A DNA stretch of 64,000 bases from Octopus vulgaris (taxonomy: Eukaryota), in contig OX597835.1 in NCBI GenBank assembly GCA_951406725.2, forward strand, positions 41,292,001 through 41,356,000. The letters run 5' to 3'. Shown piece by piece: positions 39,557 to 52,917 of the stretch. The stretch's first letter is position 1. Each line of letters starts with the position of its first letter. Made by a program: the position numbers and the translations under genes. Below the pieces are notes generated by a model that was not told the origin of the DNA, searched no databases, and worked only from the letters and a program-made list of their open reading frames with translations.

Positions 39557-40262
39557 ACACCCCTAAAAAATTTCAGTAAAATTGCTATTACTCTGATAAT
39601 ATCAAAGGAAATCAAATGAAATTTATACTGAATATAATATATTATACATGCAAACATTATACAAATTTGGAACCCAGAACAATGACCATTTTCAAAGATA
39701 CGAATGGAATATTAATTTTCAAATGATACAAAAATATATTACCCTAAAGGAAATTTGCTATATTCAATATTCCATCCACTTTTTTACTAAATTCAGATAT
39801 TGCTGATAATTTCAATTCTAATAAATTATTTCTCCTGGCATTTTTGCATCGGTTATTATTATTGCATTTGCAGGAATTCTGATTAGTGTACCATTGTGAA
39901 AATCTTCATTGTGATTAAAATGGCACCAAAAGGGAAAGAATTGTCTGAAGATTTGAAGAAAATTATTTTCAATTTGCACAAGAATGGTTTCAGATGCAAA
40001 TTAATTAGCTAACGAATGCACATTAGCATAAACACAGTTGACAAAGTAAATCAGAAGAACAAAGCTACTGGACGGCCAAGCAATAAACATCGTCCAAGTC
40101 ATCCTTCTAGTTTGACTGTGCAGGATATTCGCCATATCCAACATTGTGTGATGGATGACGAGGGTTGTACCTCTTCATCTTTGGCCCAAGAAGTATCTTC
40201 TGTTAGTGGAAAGAATGTATCCACTCAAACAGTTCACCAATCGCTGATGACGAGAAAATTCT
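39557..40262 (+). mobile_element. Tc1-like transposon 5' fragment
   Basis: MAPKGKELSEDLKKIIFNLHKNG...ISINTV...GRP paired-like HTH with a stop, truncated. Confidence 0.7.
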
Positions 40263-40521
40263 AAATGAATCAACTCAGAAATTGGGACCGATCTGATAAT
40301 AACGAAATTTTTTTAGAAATTTCTATCGGCTTGCTTTCGAGATTTGTGCTTATAGTGATAAATTATATGGTTTTGGACGATTAAGTCTATTTTGGCATAT
40401 TTGGCATTGAAATTTTCTTTCTTTTGCCCTTGTTTATAAGTTGTTTATAAATTTAGCCTTTAAAGGTATTTTTTTAATATGCTGGCCATTGATAGAATTT
40501 TTTCGAAAATTTTATCCTATA

Positions 40522-41157
40522 CTAGCAGTATCGCCCGGCGTTGCTCGGGTTTGTAAGGGAAATAACTATATAAGCATTTTTAGAGAGTTATAGCCAAAAA
40601 ATAGCAAAAAATGCATTAAAAATGGAAAAAATATGATGGTAAATTTTTTTTAAATCGTTGACTCATCGTAGACATTTTTAGAGAGTTACTTCCCTTATAT
40701 AATAGCGAAAAAATGCATTAAAATGGAAAAAAAACGATGGTAAATTTTTTTTTAAATCGTAGACTCATGTAGACGCTTTCTTAGCCATTTCTGTTTTGGT
40801 GTCTTCAAGCCATGAAGTCGTTGTTCTAAAAGAACACTGGTCTCCTTGACAACGCATTACGACGTTGATTTCCTTACACTCCCTTCCCCACAGGTGCAGG
40901 TGTGAGCGTGAACGCCAACTCCGCCGCCATCGACACACGAAAAATTATGCATTAAAATGGAATAAAAAATGATGTTAAATTATTTTTAAAATCGTAGACT
41001 CATCGTAGACGCGCGCTAATATTCAGACGGGCTCGATATGAATCACGACTATAAGCTACCCGAATTTGGTTAAACTGTACCGCAAAATGTGGGAGTAGTT
41101 AGGAATCTAAATCGAAGGGGACAGACACTCACACAACTACAGTTTTATATATATAGA
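40522..41157 (-). mobile_element. Non-autonomous Helitron
   Basis: Minus strand reads A|TCTATATATATAAAA...CCCGAGCAACGCCGGG...CTAG|T. Internal direct subrepeats. Confidence 0.85.
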
Positions 41158-41179
41158 TATACATAGCGCAGTAGTGGTG

Positions 41180-41520
41180 AGATATGACAGCAAAGAAAAG
41201 CATACATTCACTCTCTGCATGCAATTAGACTCGGAAAGTTCGTGAGGAACCCATTGACCCAATTTGCTGACTTTTCCGATAGCACACAGGTGTCAATGAA
41301 TGGTTGAATGACCAAATCCAAGCTTCTCTGCTAGTTCCTCAACAGTTACGATGATATTTTGTTCCACCAGGGTTTTCAGGATGTCCTTGTCGAGTTCTAC
41401 AGATCTTTCAGGATGAGGCTCGTCTTCTAGGCTGTAGTTTATGGCTCGGGATTTCTGGAACCACCATTGACACTGCCTTACGCTTATTGTCCAATCCCCA
41501 TATACTGCATTAATATTTCT
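41180..41520 (-). mobile_element. Mariner HTH fragment
   Basis: RNINAVYGD.TISVRQCQWWFQK...SLEDEPH...TVEELAEKLG. Confidence 0.75.
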
Positions 41521-43535
41521 TGTACTTTGCACACATTTATATTCTGTTATTCTTTTATATGTTTCAGCCTTGAGGTTGTGGCCATGCTGGATCATGTGTG
41601 TGTGTGTGTGTGTCTATCTGTCTGTCTGTCTGTATGTATATATGTATATGTATGTGTGTGAACAATAATATTTTCAACAGATGTGTTGCAAATGTATCTG
41701 ATTGTTCTCAAGCTTCAATACTGTGTGTGTGTGTATGTGTGTGTGTGTATGTATGTATGTATATGTATGTATGTATGTATATGTATGTATGTATGTATGT
41801 GTGTATGTATGTATGTGTGTGTGTATGTATGTGTGTATGTGTGTGTGTGTATGTATGTATGTATGTATGTATGTATGTATGAGTGTATGTTTACTTTATT
41901 ACTAATTACTCTCTTCCAAGAACATTTTCACTCACTCTTAGCTCTTAGCTTCCCATACATTTTACTCATGTATCTATCAGCGTCATAGACAGAATACTTT
42001 CACTTTAGTCTTCCTCAAATCACTCTGTCGCTATTTACTTTCATTTTATTCGTTGCCCACTGTGTGTGTGCGTTTGCGTGTGGTGTAAACCAGACTAAGA
42101 AAAGCATTTGACACACACACCAGAATGTGAGTTTTCTGTAAATTTTGCTTAATTGGAGTTTAAATTTTAAAAACTGGACCTGGCATGACGCGATGCATTG
42201 TACTCTCAAAAATGCTAGGTAAATTGTAATTGAAGAAATCCTATATTGTAGATTTGTATAAATCCCAAAGGGAGGCAGATAAAATCTGCCTTTTATAATA
42301 AGAGATTAGATGATATATATATATATATATATCACATCATCATTTAGCGTCCATTTGTCCATGCTGGCATGGGTTCAACGGTTTAACCAGGACTGGTAAG
42401 CTGTTGGGCTGCACCAGGGTCCAGTCTGATTTGGCATGGTTTCTACAGCTGGATGCCCTTCCTAACACCAACCACTCTGAGAGTATAACAAGTGCTTTTA
42501 CATTCCACCGGCACGGGTGCCATATGCGTGACACCAACATGCTTTTACATGCTAATTTGCATGACATCAGTATCTGCCATGACTGCGTTTTTGCTTGGTT
42601 CGTTGGGTCTTCTTCTCAAGCACATCATAATGCCAAAGGTCTTGGTCATTGCCACCATGAGGCCCAACACTCAAAAGGAACTCAGCCACTTTGCCTCCAT
42701 GAGGCCTAATGCCCAACGTTTGTATACTATTAGGTATTTTAATCTAAATATATCTTAGACCATTAACTTTTTTAATACCAGGAACATCATCTCATCATTT
42801 TCGTTCAGCGTCTGTTTTCCATGCTAGCATGGGTTGGACGGTTCAACTGGGGTCTGGGAAGCCAGAAGGCTGCTCCAGGCTCCAGTCTGATCTGGCAATG
42901 TTTCTACAGCTGGATGCCCTTCCTCACACCAACTACTCCGAGAGTGTAGTGGGTGCTTTTTACGTGCCACCAGCACAGGTGCCAGACGAGGCTGGCAAAC
43001 GGCCATGATCGGATGGTGCTTTTTACGTAATATTTAAAAAAATATTTTTAAAAAAAAACCATGGCGAAATAAGAAATATCCCTTTCATTGTTTATTAAAA
43101 AAATACATGCTATTATAATAACAATCAGCTATTTATCTATGGGTAAATAGCAAAATAATATATTTAAAATACTTTATCTTCTCTAGTCAAATAGCAAATA
43201 ATAATATTGATTACATTGCATTAATTATTTATAATAATCATTACTAAAAATCAAAGATTAATAATAAAAAATTACATGTGTGTGTTTGTGTATGTTTAGA
43301 TAGATGTGTGTGTGTATATATATATGTATGTGAATGTATTTATATAGATGTATGTGTATATATATGTATACACATATGTATGTGAATGTTTTTATATAAA
43401 TGTATATATATGTGTATATGTATATACACACACACGTGTATGTGAATGTATTTATATAGATGTATAAACGTGTGTGTATTTATGTATATATATATATATA
43501 TATCATCATCATCGTTTAACGTCCGTTCTCGATGA

Positions 43536-43584
<49 letters not shown>

Positions 43585-43595
43585 AATACACATAA

Positions 43596-43630
<35 letters not shown>

Positions 43631-44486
43631 TGTATGTGAATGTATTTACATAGATGTATATATGTGTGTGTATGTATATATATATATATATATATACACA
43701 TGTATGTGAATGTATTTATATAGATGTATATATGTGTGTGTGTGTATATATGTATATATATATATATATATATTTATGTATACATACGTATCCACTTATG
43801 TATGTGAACATATTTTTATATATACATGTATATGTACCTATCTACTCACACACACACACACACATTGTATTTGTGAATGCCATAATTCCTGTGAACTCTA
43901 CTCATTTCTCTCTTATCAAGTGTTGTTCATATTATTATTATGGATTCTTGGTATTCACGTTTCCTGTTTGCCAAATCCTGTTCCATCTCAGATCAATAAC
44001 TACACTTGAAACGACTCTCCCTCTCAAATTCATAAGAATCATTTCCCAAATGTATTTATGCTAATTACAGTTTCGTGAGCTGTTGTTGTTGTTGTTATTA
44101 TTATTATAAATTTATTGTTGTTGTTGTTTGTGCTATTCATATCTCGGATAATTATGGCTTTCTGATCTGTGTTGGTGAATAAGTTGATCAAACTGCGTGA
44201 GGTACCACTTGGCCGAGTTAATTTCTGTTCTCTTTGTCGCTTTTAACAAACCAGGACGTACAAAAACAAATGCCATCTTCTTACTGGTTTCAATCACTGA
44301 ATTGTGGCCAGGCTGGGGCATGTCCTTGAGATGTTCTGACGAAGGAATCAACCCCAGTGTGTGTTTATTCATTAAGCTTAGTACTTACTCTATTAGTGTC
44401 TATTGGTGAACTGCTAAGTTATGGCGATGCAGACAAACAACTACTGTTGTCAAACAGTGGGGGGGGGGGACAAATAGAGACACACA

Positions 44487-44538
44487 TGCATATATGTATG
44501 CATGTATGTATGTATATATGTGTGTATGTATATAAGTT

Positions 44539-44598
<60 letters not shown>

Positions 44599-44757
44599 CA
44601 TATATATGTATATATGTACACATATACATATATATACATACATACATATATATGTATATATATACATATATATATATATATATACATACATACATATATA
44701 TATGTATTTATATAAACATATATATATATGTATTTATATAAACATATATATATACAT

Positions 44758-44789
<32 letters not shown>

Positions 44790-44883
44790 ATATATATAAA
44801 CATATATATATATACATATACATATATATACATACATATATATATATATATGTATATATATACACATATATATATACATATAT

Positions 44884-44930
<47 letters not shown>

Positions 44931-45044
44931 TATACATGTATATATATATACATATGTATATATATATATATGTATATATATATACATATATATATACATG
45001 TATATATACATATGTATATATATATATATGTATATATACATATG

Positions 45045-45075
<31 letters not shown>

Positions 45076-45136
45076 GTATATATATATATATATATATATC
45101 ATATATATACATGTATATATATATATATGTATATAT

Positions 45137-45199
<63 letters not shown>

Positions 45200-45207
45200 T
45201 TTATATA
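44487..45207. repeat. ~700-bp (TA)n/(TACA)/(TATG) microsatellite; similar tracts at 41720-41885 and 43300-43800
   Basis: Seen directly. Confidence 0.95.
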
Positions 45208-45500
45208 TCACCATCATCGTTTAAAGCCCGTTTTCCGTGCTAGCACGGGTTGGACAGTTCGACCGGGGTCTGGGAAGCCAGGAGGCTGCACCAGGCTCCA
45301 GTCTGATCTGGCAGTGTTTCTACAGCTGGATGCCCTTCCTAATGCTAACCACTCCGTTGGTGTTTTTACGTGCTACCGGCACAGAAGCCAATCAAGGCGG
45401 AGCTAGCATCGACCACGTTCGGATGGTGCTTTTTATATGCCACCGGCACAGGTATCACAACTACAATTTCCATTTGATATTTATTTTGATGTTGATGTAC

Positions 45501-45768
45501 CAGGATGGCAACAAAGTGCAGAGACGACTGGCTGGATGGATCCTAAGAACATTCAGAACCAGAGATAAGGAAATCATGATGGTCCTCTGACAGACATTCG
45601 TCCTCAGCTGCCTGGATTACTGCTCACAGCTATGGTCACCCACCAGTGTGAAATTAACAGCGGACCTTGAAGCAATCCAGAGAAGATTCACAAAGAAGAT
45701 TGTCTCTTTGCAACAGCTCAGCTACTGGGAAAGGTTGAAACAGCTAAAACTCTACTCCCTGGAAAGAA
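45501..45768 (+). mobile_element. Second CR1/Jockey-group LINE fragment
   Basis: GWILRTFRTRD...LDYCSQLWSP...LEAIQRRFTK...SYWERLKQLKLYSLER with an internal stop. Confidence 0.8.
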
Positions 45769-48700
45769 TATCTCTGAGCTTAACTTTGCCTTTTGTTATT
45801 TCAGGATCAATACAGTGACCGTCTACTACCCTAGTCAATTGATATCGACTGATCCCCTCTCCTCAAAATCACTGCCCTTGCACCTAAATTAGAAAATGTT
45901 ATGGACCTCATGAAAACACAGTTTGGTAGAGGTGGCCATGTTTCACTTTCTATAAGTTTTTCAAAGAAATGGCGAGGAAAGGCCAATGAAATTTTATTGC
46001 AAAATATAGGACAGGATGTATGAATACATAGGGTTTTTTTTCTAAATGCAGAGATTTCCTCTTCAGTTGAAACAAATAGTGAGAAGGATGAGGAATTGTG
46101 GTGCCCCTGCAGCAGCAATTCTAGGAAGAACACTGGTTGGTTTTGGAGGGAAAGGGAGAAGGAAAAAAAGAAAAAATAGATTTGTAATTAAATACTGAGT
46201 GAGAAAGTGGTAAAAACAAGAAAATTGTGTTGTAAAGGGATTTGCTAATGGAAAAGTACAAAATGAGGAAGTAAGTTTTGGTGAATGGAGGATCATAATT
46301 CTAAGTAGGAGTGTAAAACCACAAAAAAACAAAAAAACAGTTGTAATGTGTGTGGGAGGGGGGTATGTTTGTGTGCATGGGGGTGTGTATGTGTATGTAT
46401 GTTTATATACATTTGTTCATGTGTGTTTGAGTGTAAGTATGTGTGTCATCATCATCATCATCATCATCATCGTTTAACGTCCGTTCTCCATGCTAGCATG
46501 GGTTGGACGGTTCAACTGGGGTCTGGGAAGCCAGAAGGCTGCACCAGGCTCAGTCTGATCTGGCAATGTTTTTACGGCTGGATACCCTTCCTAACGCCAA
46601 CCACTCCGTGAGTGTAGTGGATGCTTTTTACGTGCCACCTGCACAGGGGCCAGAGGAGACTGGCAAACGGCCACGATCGGATGGTGCTTTTTACGTGCCA
46701 CCAGCACGGTGTGTGTGTGTGATAAATGGTGACAGTAACACTACAGTGAGATTGTGGAATTCTAGAAATGCCGATAATGGATTTGGGGGATTTATTTGCC
46801 AAACAAGCTGCAAGGAATTCATGTGAGAATACGAAGAATGTCTGATAACACAAGACTTTCACTTCTCGGTGTGAATGCCTTCCTGTCACCGAACCTCATA
46901 CCAAATAAGGTAATATTTCTCCATGGCCAGATATGTTTACCTGGAAGACTGGAAATTAAGGACACCACTTATATGACAGTGACACTCATTTACAAATATC
47001 ACATTATGTCAAGATGGTACACAAACATATACATACATACTTACTCATAAACACACACACACACATGTATATAAATATACAATGGGCTTCTTTCAGTTTT
47101 TGTCCACCAAATGCTCTCACAAGGTTTTGGTTAGACTTGTGCCTTGAGGCTAAACTTTCTGGGTGCAATCCCATGGTCATTCATGACGAAAGGGGGTCTT
47201 TACCAACCTGCCTCAGACCATTCTTGGTTCTATGATACAAACTTCCTCTTTCAAAGTGATCTAAATTTAAGCCTCCCATCAAAATTTCATGTCAATTCAT
47301 GTTCCAAACATCAGATTAAAAATGACAAAGTTATTTTTATCAATTCTTCATTATTTTGAAACTTAAAACAAAGGCAGTGTATTTCCACAGAACTATGGTA
47401 AAGAGAGGGTCAAAGCATTGATAATGTTGGTGGTTTGGTGGTGATGATGATGACGTGAGTGTTTATGGAATAAAACTCAATTATGTCAAACATTCACAAG
47501 GATTATCCTCCATCTTTCCAACAACAGTTTTGGGCACTTTTTTGAATTCTGCATTTCTTAACAGTTGCAGACATGCTTACAAAATTAAAAGGAAAAAAAT
47601 ACAACACAGCACCCTTGACTTTCGGGAAGATTTTTCACACTCAGAATTGCTGAAGCGTGGAATAAACTACCTGCATCAGTTGTTAGCTGTCGGGACACTA
47701 CATCCTTCAAAACTTTCGTGTTTCCTGAAATTCACCGTCAGTACACCTGACTCTTCCACCTGCTATTTATTTATTTTTTTTTTCGACTTGTTCACTTTCT
47801 ATGCATCATTCTATGTACTTTCCATGCACTTTAGGCTATGTTTTCTGATGAGTTGTAGTGCACCTGAGCACTGTATACAATAAGTTCATTATTATCATTA
47901 TTATTGTTTGTTCCTCTTGAGCCACGCCTGGCTCATTGGGCCGGTTTCCATGGCGTATAGGTTCCCCGCCTGGAACCTAATGAATGTAAATAAAACGCAT
48001 GTGATGTCATGAACAGTCCCCTTCTAGATTGTCAAACTCCTTAAAAATATTCCTCAAACATTGCTACTTGCGGTTTAAAGTTCATCATTGACCCAGATCA
48101 GATGAGAAACTTGGGCAGTAGTAAGCCTGGGATATGTGTAAATATAATGTAATATGTTTGTTCCTTCTCGTGCCATGCCTGGCTCATAAGGGCCAGTTTC
48201 CCGGTTTCCTTGGCGTATAGGTTCCCCACCTGGATGGTACACTGGTCCGTCGCAGGTGAGCTGCAAGATGCAGGAGGAAAGAGTGAGAGAAAGTTGTGGC
48301 AAAAGAGTCAGCAGAAGTTCACCATTACCTTCTGCTGGAGCTATGTGGAGCTTAGGTGTTTCGCTCATAAACACACACATCGCCCGGTCTGAGATACGAA
48401 CCCACGATCCCTCGACCGCAAGTCCGCTGCTCTAACCACTAGGCCATGTGCCTCTACATCATTATTATTATTATCATTATTAAATAATAAGAAGAACAGA
48501 ATGCGATTGTAAGCGATTGTTTATTGTCAAAGTGAGAATGCAGGATTTCACTTCTTCAGTTTCCATTTTGAACTTGGAAAAGACGGACGGACTGACGCTG
48601 TATCGTTCAAACCAATAAGCAATCTATTACAATCACATTGCACACTTCTTACTGTCCATTTACCTTCACAAAGAGTTATATCAATATTTTTTCTTTTTTT

Positions 48701-49344
48701 TACTTGTTTCAGTCATTTGACTGTGGCCATGCTGGAACACCGCCTTTAGTCGAGCAAATCGACCCCAGGACTTATTCTTTGTAAGCCTAGTACTTATTCT
48801 ATCGGTCCCTTTTGCCGAATTGCTAAGTTATTGGGACTTAAACACACCAGCATTGGCTGTTAAGCGATGTTGGGGGGACAAACACAGACAAACAAACATA
48901 TACACACACACACACATACATACATATATATATACATATATATATATATATATGACTGGACTGGTGCAGCTTTCGGGCTCCCCAGACCCCAGTTGAACCG
49001 TCCAACCCATGCTAGCATGGAAAGCGGACGTTAAATGATGATGATGATGATGATATATATATATATGATGGGCGTCTTTCGGTTTCTGTCCACTCATAAG
49101 GCTTTGGTCGGCCCAAGGCTATAGTAGAAGACACTTGCCCAAGGTGCCACGCAGTGGGACTGAACCTGGAACCATGTGGTTGGTAAGCACCTTTATAAAA
49201 TATTATCATTATTATTATTATTCATCCTTTCGGGGTTGATAAATTAAGTACCAGTGAAACATTGGGCCCAATGTAATCAACTAGTCCCCTGCCCCAAAAT
49301 TTCAGGCCTTGTGCCTATAATAGAAAGGATCATCATCATCATCT

Positions 49345-49392
<48 letters not shown>

Positions 49393-49439
49393 CCTGTAAT
49401 GTGGCTAGTCTGAGAGAGAAAGTTGATTCTCTGTTGCAG

Positions 49440-49552
49440 ATGATTACATTGTGGTACAACCAGAGAATTCTGAAACTCTGAGACGTATTGGTGCCAGAGG
49501 CTGCCCCTGTTTGCTGTTTATCTCCCCATATGGAGTGACTTTGGCTCTTCAG
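49440..49552 (+). CDS. DOK/IRS-like adaptor exon: start of IRS-type PTB domain (DDYIVVQPENSETLRRIGARGCPCLLFISPYGVTLALQ)
   Basis: TTGCAG acceptor in phase 1, matching the previous exon. CAG|GTAAGC donor in phase 0. Confidence 0.85.
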
Positions 49553-49885
49553 GTAAGCATCATTTTTTTCCTTGTCGTTGCTGGTGAGATTATGAAGTAT
49601 TTGGAAAACGATGCATGTGTGTGTGTGTGTGTGTTAATTAGGTAACTGATCAAGAAGAAAGATCTTGAGTTCTGCAAGAAAATTGGATTCTAATTTTATC
49701 ATCTTTAGTATTCCTCTGTTCATTTACTGTTTTTACTAATGTCTGAGTGACATCCCTATTTTAGTGTTTTTGCAGTTGGAATCAAATATAAAACTGTGTG
49801 ATTTATACATGAATAAATTGAGTATTTATTTATTTCTTCATTTCTTTTTTTGTTTAATTATTTTATCATTATCTTTTTTTACCAG

Positions 49886-50089
49886 GGATCACTCCGAGTT
49901 CTAGCGCAATGGCCTTTGAAGAGCATTCGCTGCTATGAAAGTTCCTGCCAAGGACAATTCTCCTTAGAAGCTGGTCGTGTTGCTCCAATGGGGGATGGTT
50001 TATATATTTTTAACACACAACCGGGCGATGATGACCGTCTCTATGACTTGTTAGATAAACATGTGGTCAATGCTTTACAAAAAATTCGG
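49886..50089 (+). CDS. DOK/IRS-like adaptor exon: IRS-type PTB core (WPLKSIRCYESSCQGQFSLEAGRVAPMGDGLYIFNT)
   Basis: T-rich tract with ACCAG acceptor and CGG|GTAAGA donor. Matches the IRS/DOK PTB consensus WPxxxxRxY...FSxEAGRxxxxGxGxxxFxT. Confidence 0.92.
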
Positions 50090-50304
50090 GTAAGATTCGT
50101 TTTGATGTTGTGGTTTTGATAATTAAAAATGAAAGACCTTTTACTTTGTCAAGGAAATGTTTGGAATTTCTTATCATTCAAGGTGTAAAAAAAATAGTAA
50201 TTGTTTTTATAAACAATCAAGCATGTGCATTTTCTGTGATGATTCGATAAGCAGTGCCAATTTTACAGTTCTGTGAATGATAATAATATTTTATAAGCTT
50301 ATCA

Positions 50305-50340
50305 TCTGATTCGAAGTCAGACGCCTTATCCATTAGGCCA
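50305..50340 (-). pseudogene. tRNA-Arg(UCG) fragment (D arm and anticodon arm only)
   Basis: Minus strand TGGCCTAATGGATAAGGCGTCTGACTTCGAATCAGA, with anticodon stem TCTGA/TCAGA and loop CT-TCG-AA. No acceptor stem or T arm. Confidence 0.8.
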
Positions 50341-51743
50341 AAAAAAAAAATAATAAAGAACTTTGAGTCAGGTCGTTGCCAGTGCCGCTGGACTGACTCC
50401 TGTGCAGGTGGCATATAAAAAACACCATTTGAGCATGGCCGTTGCGGGTACTGCCTGACTGGCCCTTGTGCCGGTGGCATGTAAAACCACCCACTACATT
50501 CTCAGAGTGGTTGGCGTTAGGAAGGACATCCAGCTGCAGAAACTCTGTCAGATCAAGACTGGAGCATGATGCAGCCATCTGGTTCACCAGTCCTCAGACA
50601 TATCGTCCAACCCATGCTAGCATGGAAAGTGGATGTTAAACAGTGATGAGGATGATGATGATGAAGCTTAAAGCTTATGTGATCACCCTGTATTGATTAA
50701 AGAAGATAGTCTAATATTATAATATTTGGGGCCCCAATATTAGACTTTTTTTTTTTTTAGTCAAAACAGGGTGATTGCTAATGGCTTTAAGCTTATAAAA
50801 TACTATTATATACAGAACTAGTAATTGGTTAGACTGATTTTAGAAAAAGTTGCTTTCAGTGCCTCTAGTCCATTAAGGTGTTAATTGGTGCCATAGGTTA
50901 ATGAAGTTGTTCTCTGCCATAAAGAGTAGAACGAGGGTATTGTATAGTTATTGGGTGCTAAGTTAGTTGGTTGGGGTGGAACTCAAATTCTTAGAAACCA
51001 TGCCTGGTCATGACTCATGCCCTATACATGTTTTCATGGAAATGGAGCACAATGCAGGGATTTGGATTACTGGATCCTGTCAAAGCATCCAATCCATGCC
51101 AGCAGGGATATAGACATTAAATGTATTTCTTTACTACCCACAAGGGGCTAAACACAGAGGGGACAATCAAGGACAGACAAACGGATCAAGTCGATTACAT
51201 CGATCCCAGTGCGTAACTGGTACTTAATTTATCAACCCCGAAAGGATGAAAGGCAAAGTCAACCTCGGTGGAATTTGAACTCAGAACGTAACGGCAGACG
51301 AAATACGGCTATGCATTTCGCCTGGTGTGCTAACGTTTCTGCTAGCTCACCACCTATAGACATTAAATGATGATGATGATGAGTGGCAACAAGGAACTGG
51401 ATCTGTGATGATGATGCTCGTTTACAACTACCATATGATATCAGTGCAAAGAGACTCACACACACACACATACCCAATGGGCTTCTTTCAGTTTCCGTGT
51501 ACCAAATCCATTCATGAGGCTTTGGTCAGTCTGGGGCTAAAGTAGAAGACCCTTGCTCTAAAAACCAGGTGGTGGAACTGAACCTGAAACCATGAGGTTC
51601 GGAAGTGAAATTCTTACTCACAGCCATGCTTGTTCTATGTCTAAAATTAAGACAAGATGGTCATGGCCGGAATGCTTTTAGTGATAAGTCTGCTCAGTCA
51701 GGATTGACCTGAGTTCTAATCAATAATGATATATTTTCTGAAA

Positions 51744-52313
51744 TATTGGGTTGTCCGGAAAGTTCATGCCGATTTTTAAAGGAAAGAAAAAGGTCGATAA
51801 ATATTTGCCTTTACATTTTTAATCAACTAAATATGAACCATTTTGTTGCACAATGCATCTCCATCTTTCCTTTAACTTGAAAATACCCTCTTCCCAGAAT
51901 TGAGGTGGTTTCATGGCAAAGAATTCATCAAGGTGTCCTTTTATGTCATCCAAGGAATTGAAATTTTCACTATTAAGACTATTCTGCAGAGACCGGGATA
52001 AGTGGAAATCTGAAGGAGCAATATCTGGTGAATATGGAGGGTGGGGTAACACATCCCAGCCGAGCTGCAGCAATTTTTGTCTGGTTCCCAAAGCATCAAG
52101 TGCTGAAAATGAACTTTCTTATCTTCCGTTTTAAAGGGTTACAGAAGTAACACAGGTTATAGCAACATAAACCTTCTTCCACGAAAAGATAGCTTAAACT
52201 GTGCTCTAAATGGAGGTGCAGTCAAATCCTATTTTATGGACTCAACCATGTTCTAAAATAAGTCGAAAGGTAAGCTACTATAAATCGGCAAGAACTTTCC
52301 AGACAACCCTATA
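51744..52313 (-). mobile_element. Internally deleted mariner with both TIRs
   Basis: GGGTTGTCCGGAAAGTTCATGCCGATTT / AAATCGGCAAGAACTTTCCAGACAACCC. HPPYSPDIAPSDFHL motif. Confidence 0.9.
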
Positions 52314-52766
52314 CTATTAGAACACATTGGACAATGTACTCTTAGATGCACTATGGCTGAAATAGCTTTGTAATCTTTTGGGGTTGAGCGGGATTTACCC
52401 CTTTTGTTCTGTTGATATCCTCTGCCTTTGTTTCAGTTAATTTTGGAAACAATTAAGAATTTAATGAAATAGTTTTCATTGTCAAGCTGGTGTTTGGAAA
52501 CTGAATTGATAAGAAATTTTGGCAGAAGCTTTTAGTTGAAATCACTTTAAAACGGGAAGTTTGTATTTTAAAATCAGACGATCTCAAGTATGTTTGACAT
52601 CAAAATGCATTTCAGCAATAACAATCATTAGGCTTATTCATAAGTGTAACAAATTGATAATGGACAAAAAAAACTCGTCTTTCAATTCTGTATTTTATTT
52701 GTTTTCTTTGCATTTTTTTTTGTTTTTGTTTATTGTTGATAGATTTTTCGTTTTTCCGTCCCTCAG

Positions 52767-52917
52767 CCTGGTCAACAAATTTCTCACCAAATTGAAGAAT
52801 ATGCCTTAGAAACGAAACAACTTCAGTCTCTCACTCAATTCTCCATCTGTACACAACACCAAGAAGAAATACCTCGGATTTTGCAGGAAAACTGGAATCT
52901 TGTTTTACCATCTTTCG
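52767..52917 (+). CDS. Adaptor exon after the PTB domain (PGQQISHQIEEYALETKQLQSLTQFSICTQHQEEIPRILQENWNLVLPSF); absent from the ORF track
   Basis: TTTTTCCGTCCCTCAG acceptor (phase 0), 50 open codons, G|GTAAAT donor (phase 1). Non-repetitive sequence that bridges the phases of its neighbours. Confidence 0.75.

Noticed and set aside
44357-45406. 349-aa Y/I-rich ORF and overlapping ORFs
   Set aside because: Artefact of a stop-poor (TA)n microsatellite. The same applies to the ORFs at 8231, 16423, 41598 and 43340.
45840-46330. Purine-rich segment as a possible hidden exon or TE ORF
   Set aside because: The + frames examined contain stops, with no recognisable motif or clear splice-site pair.
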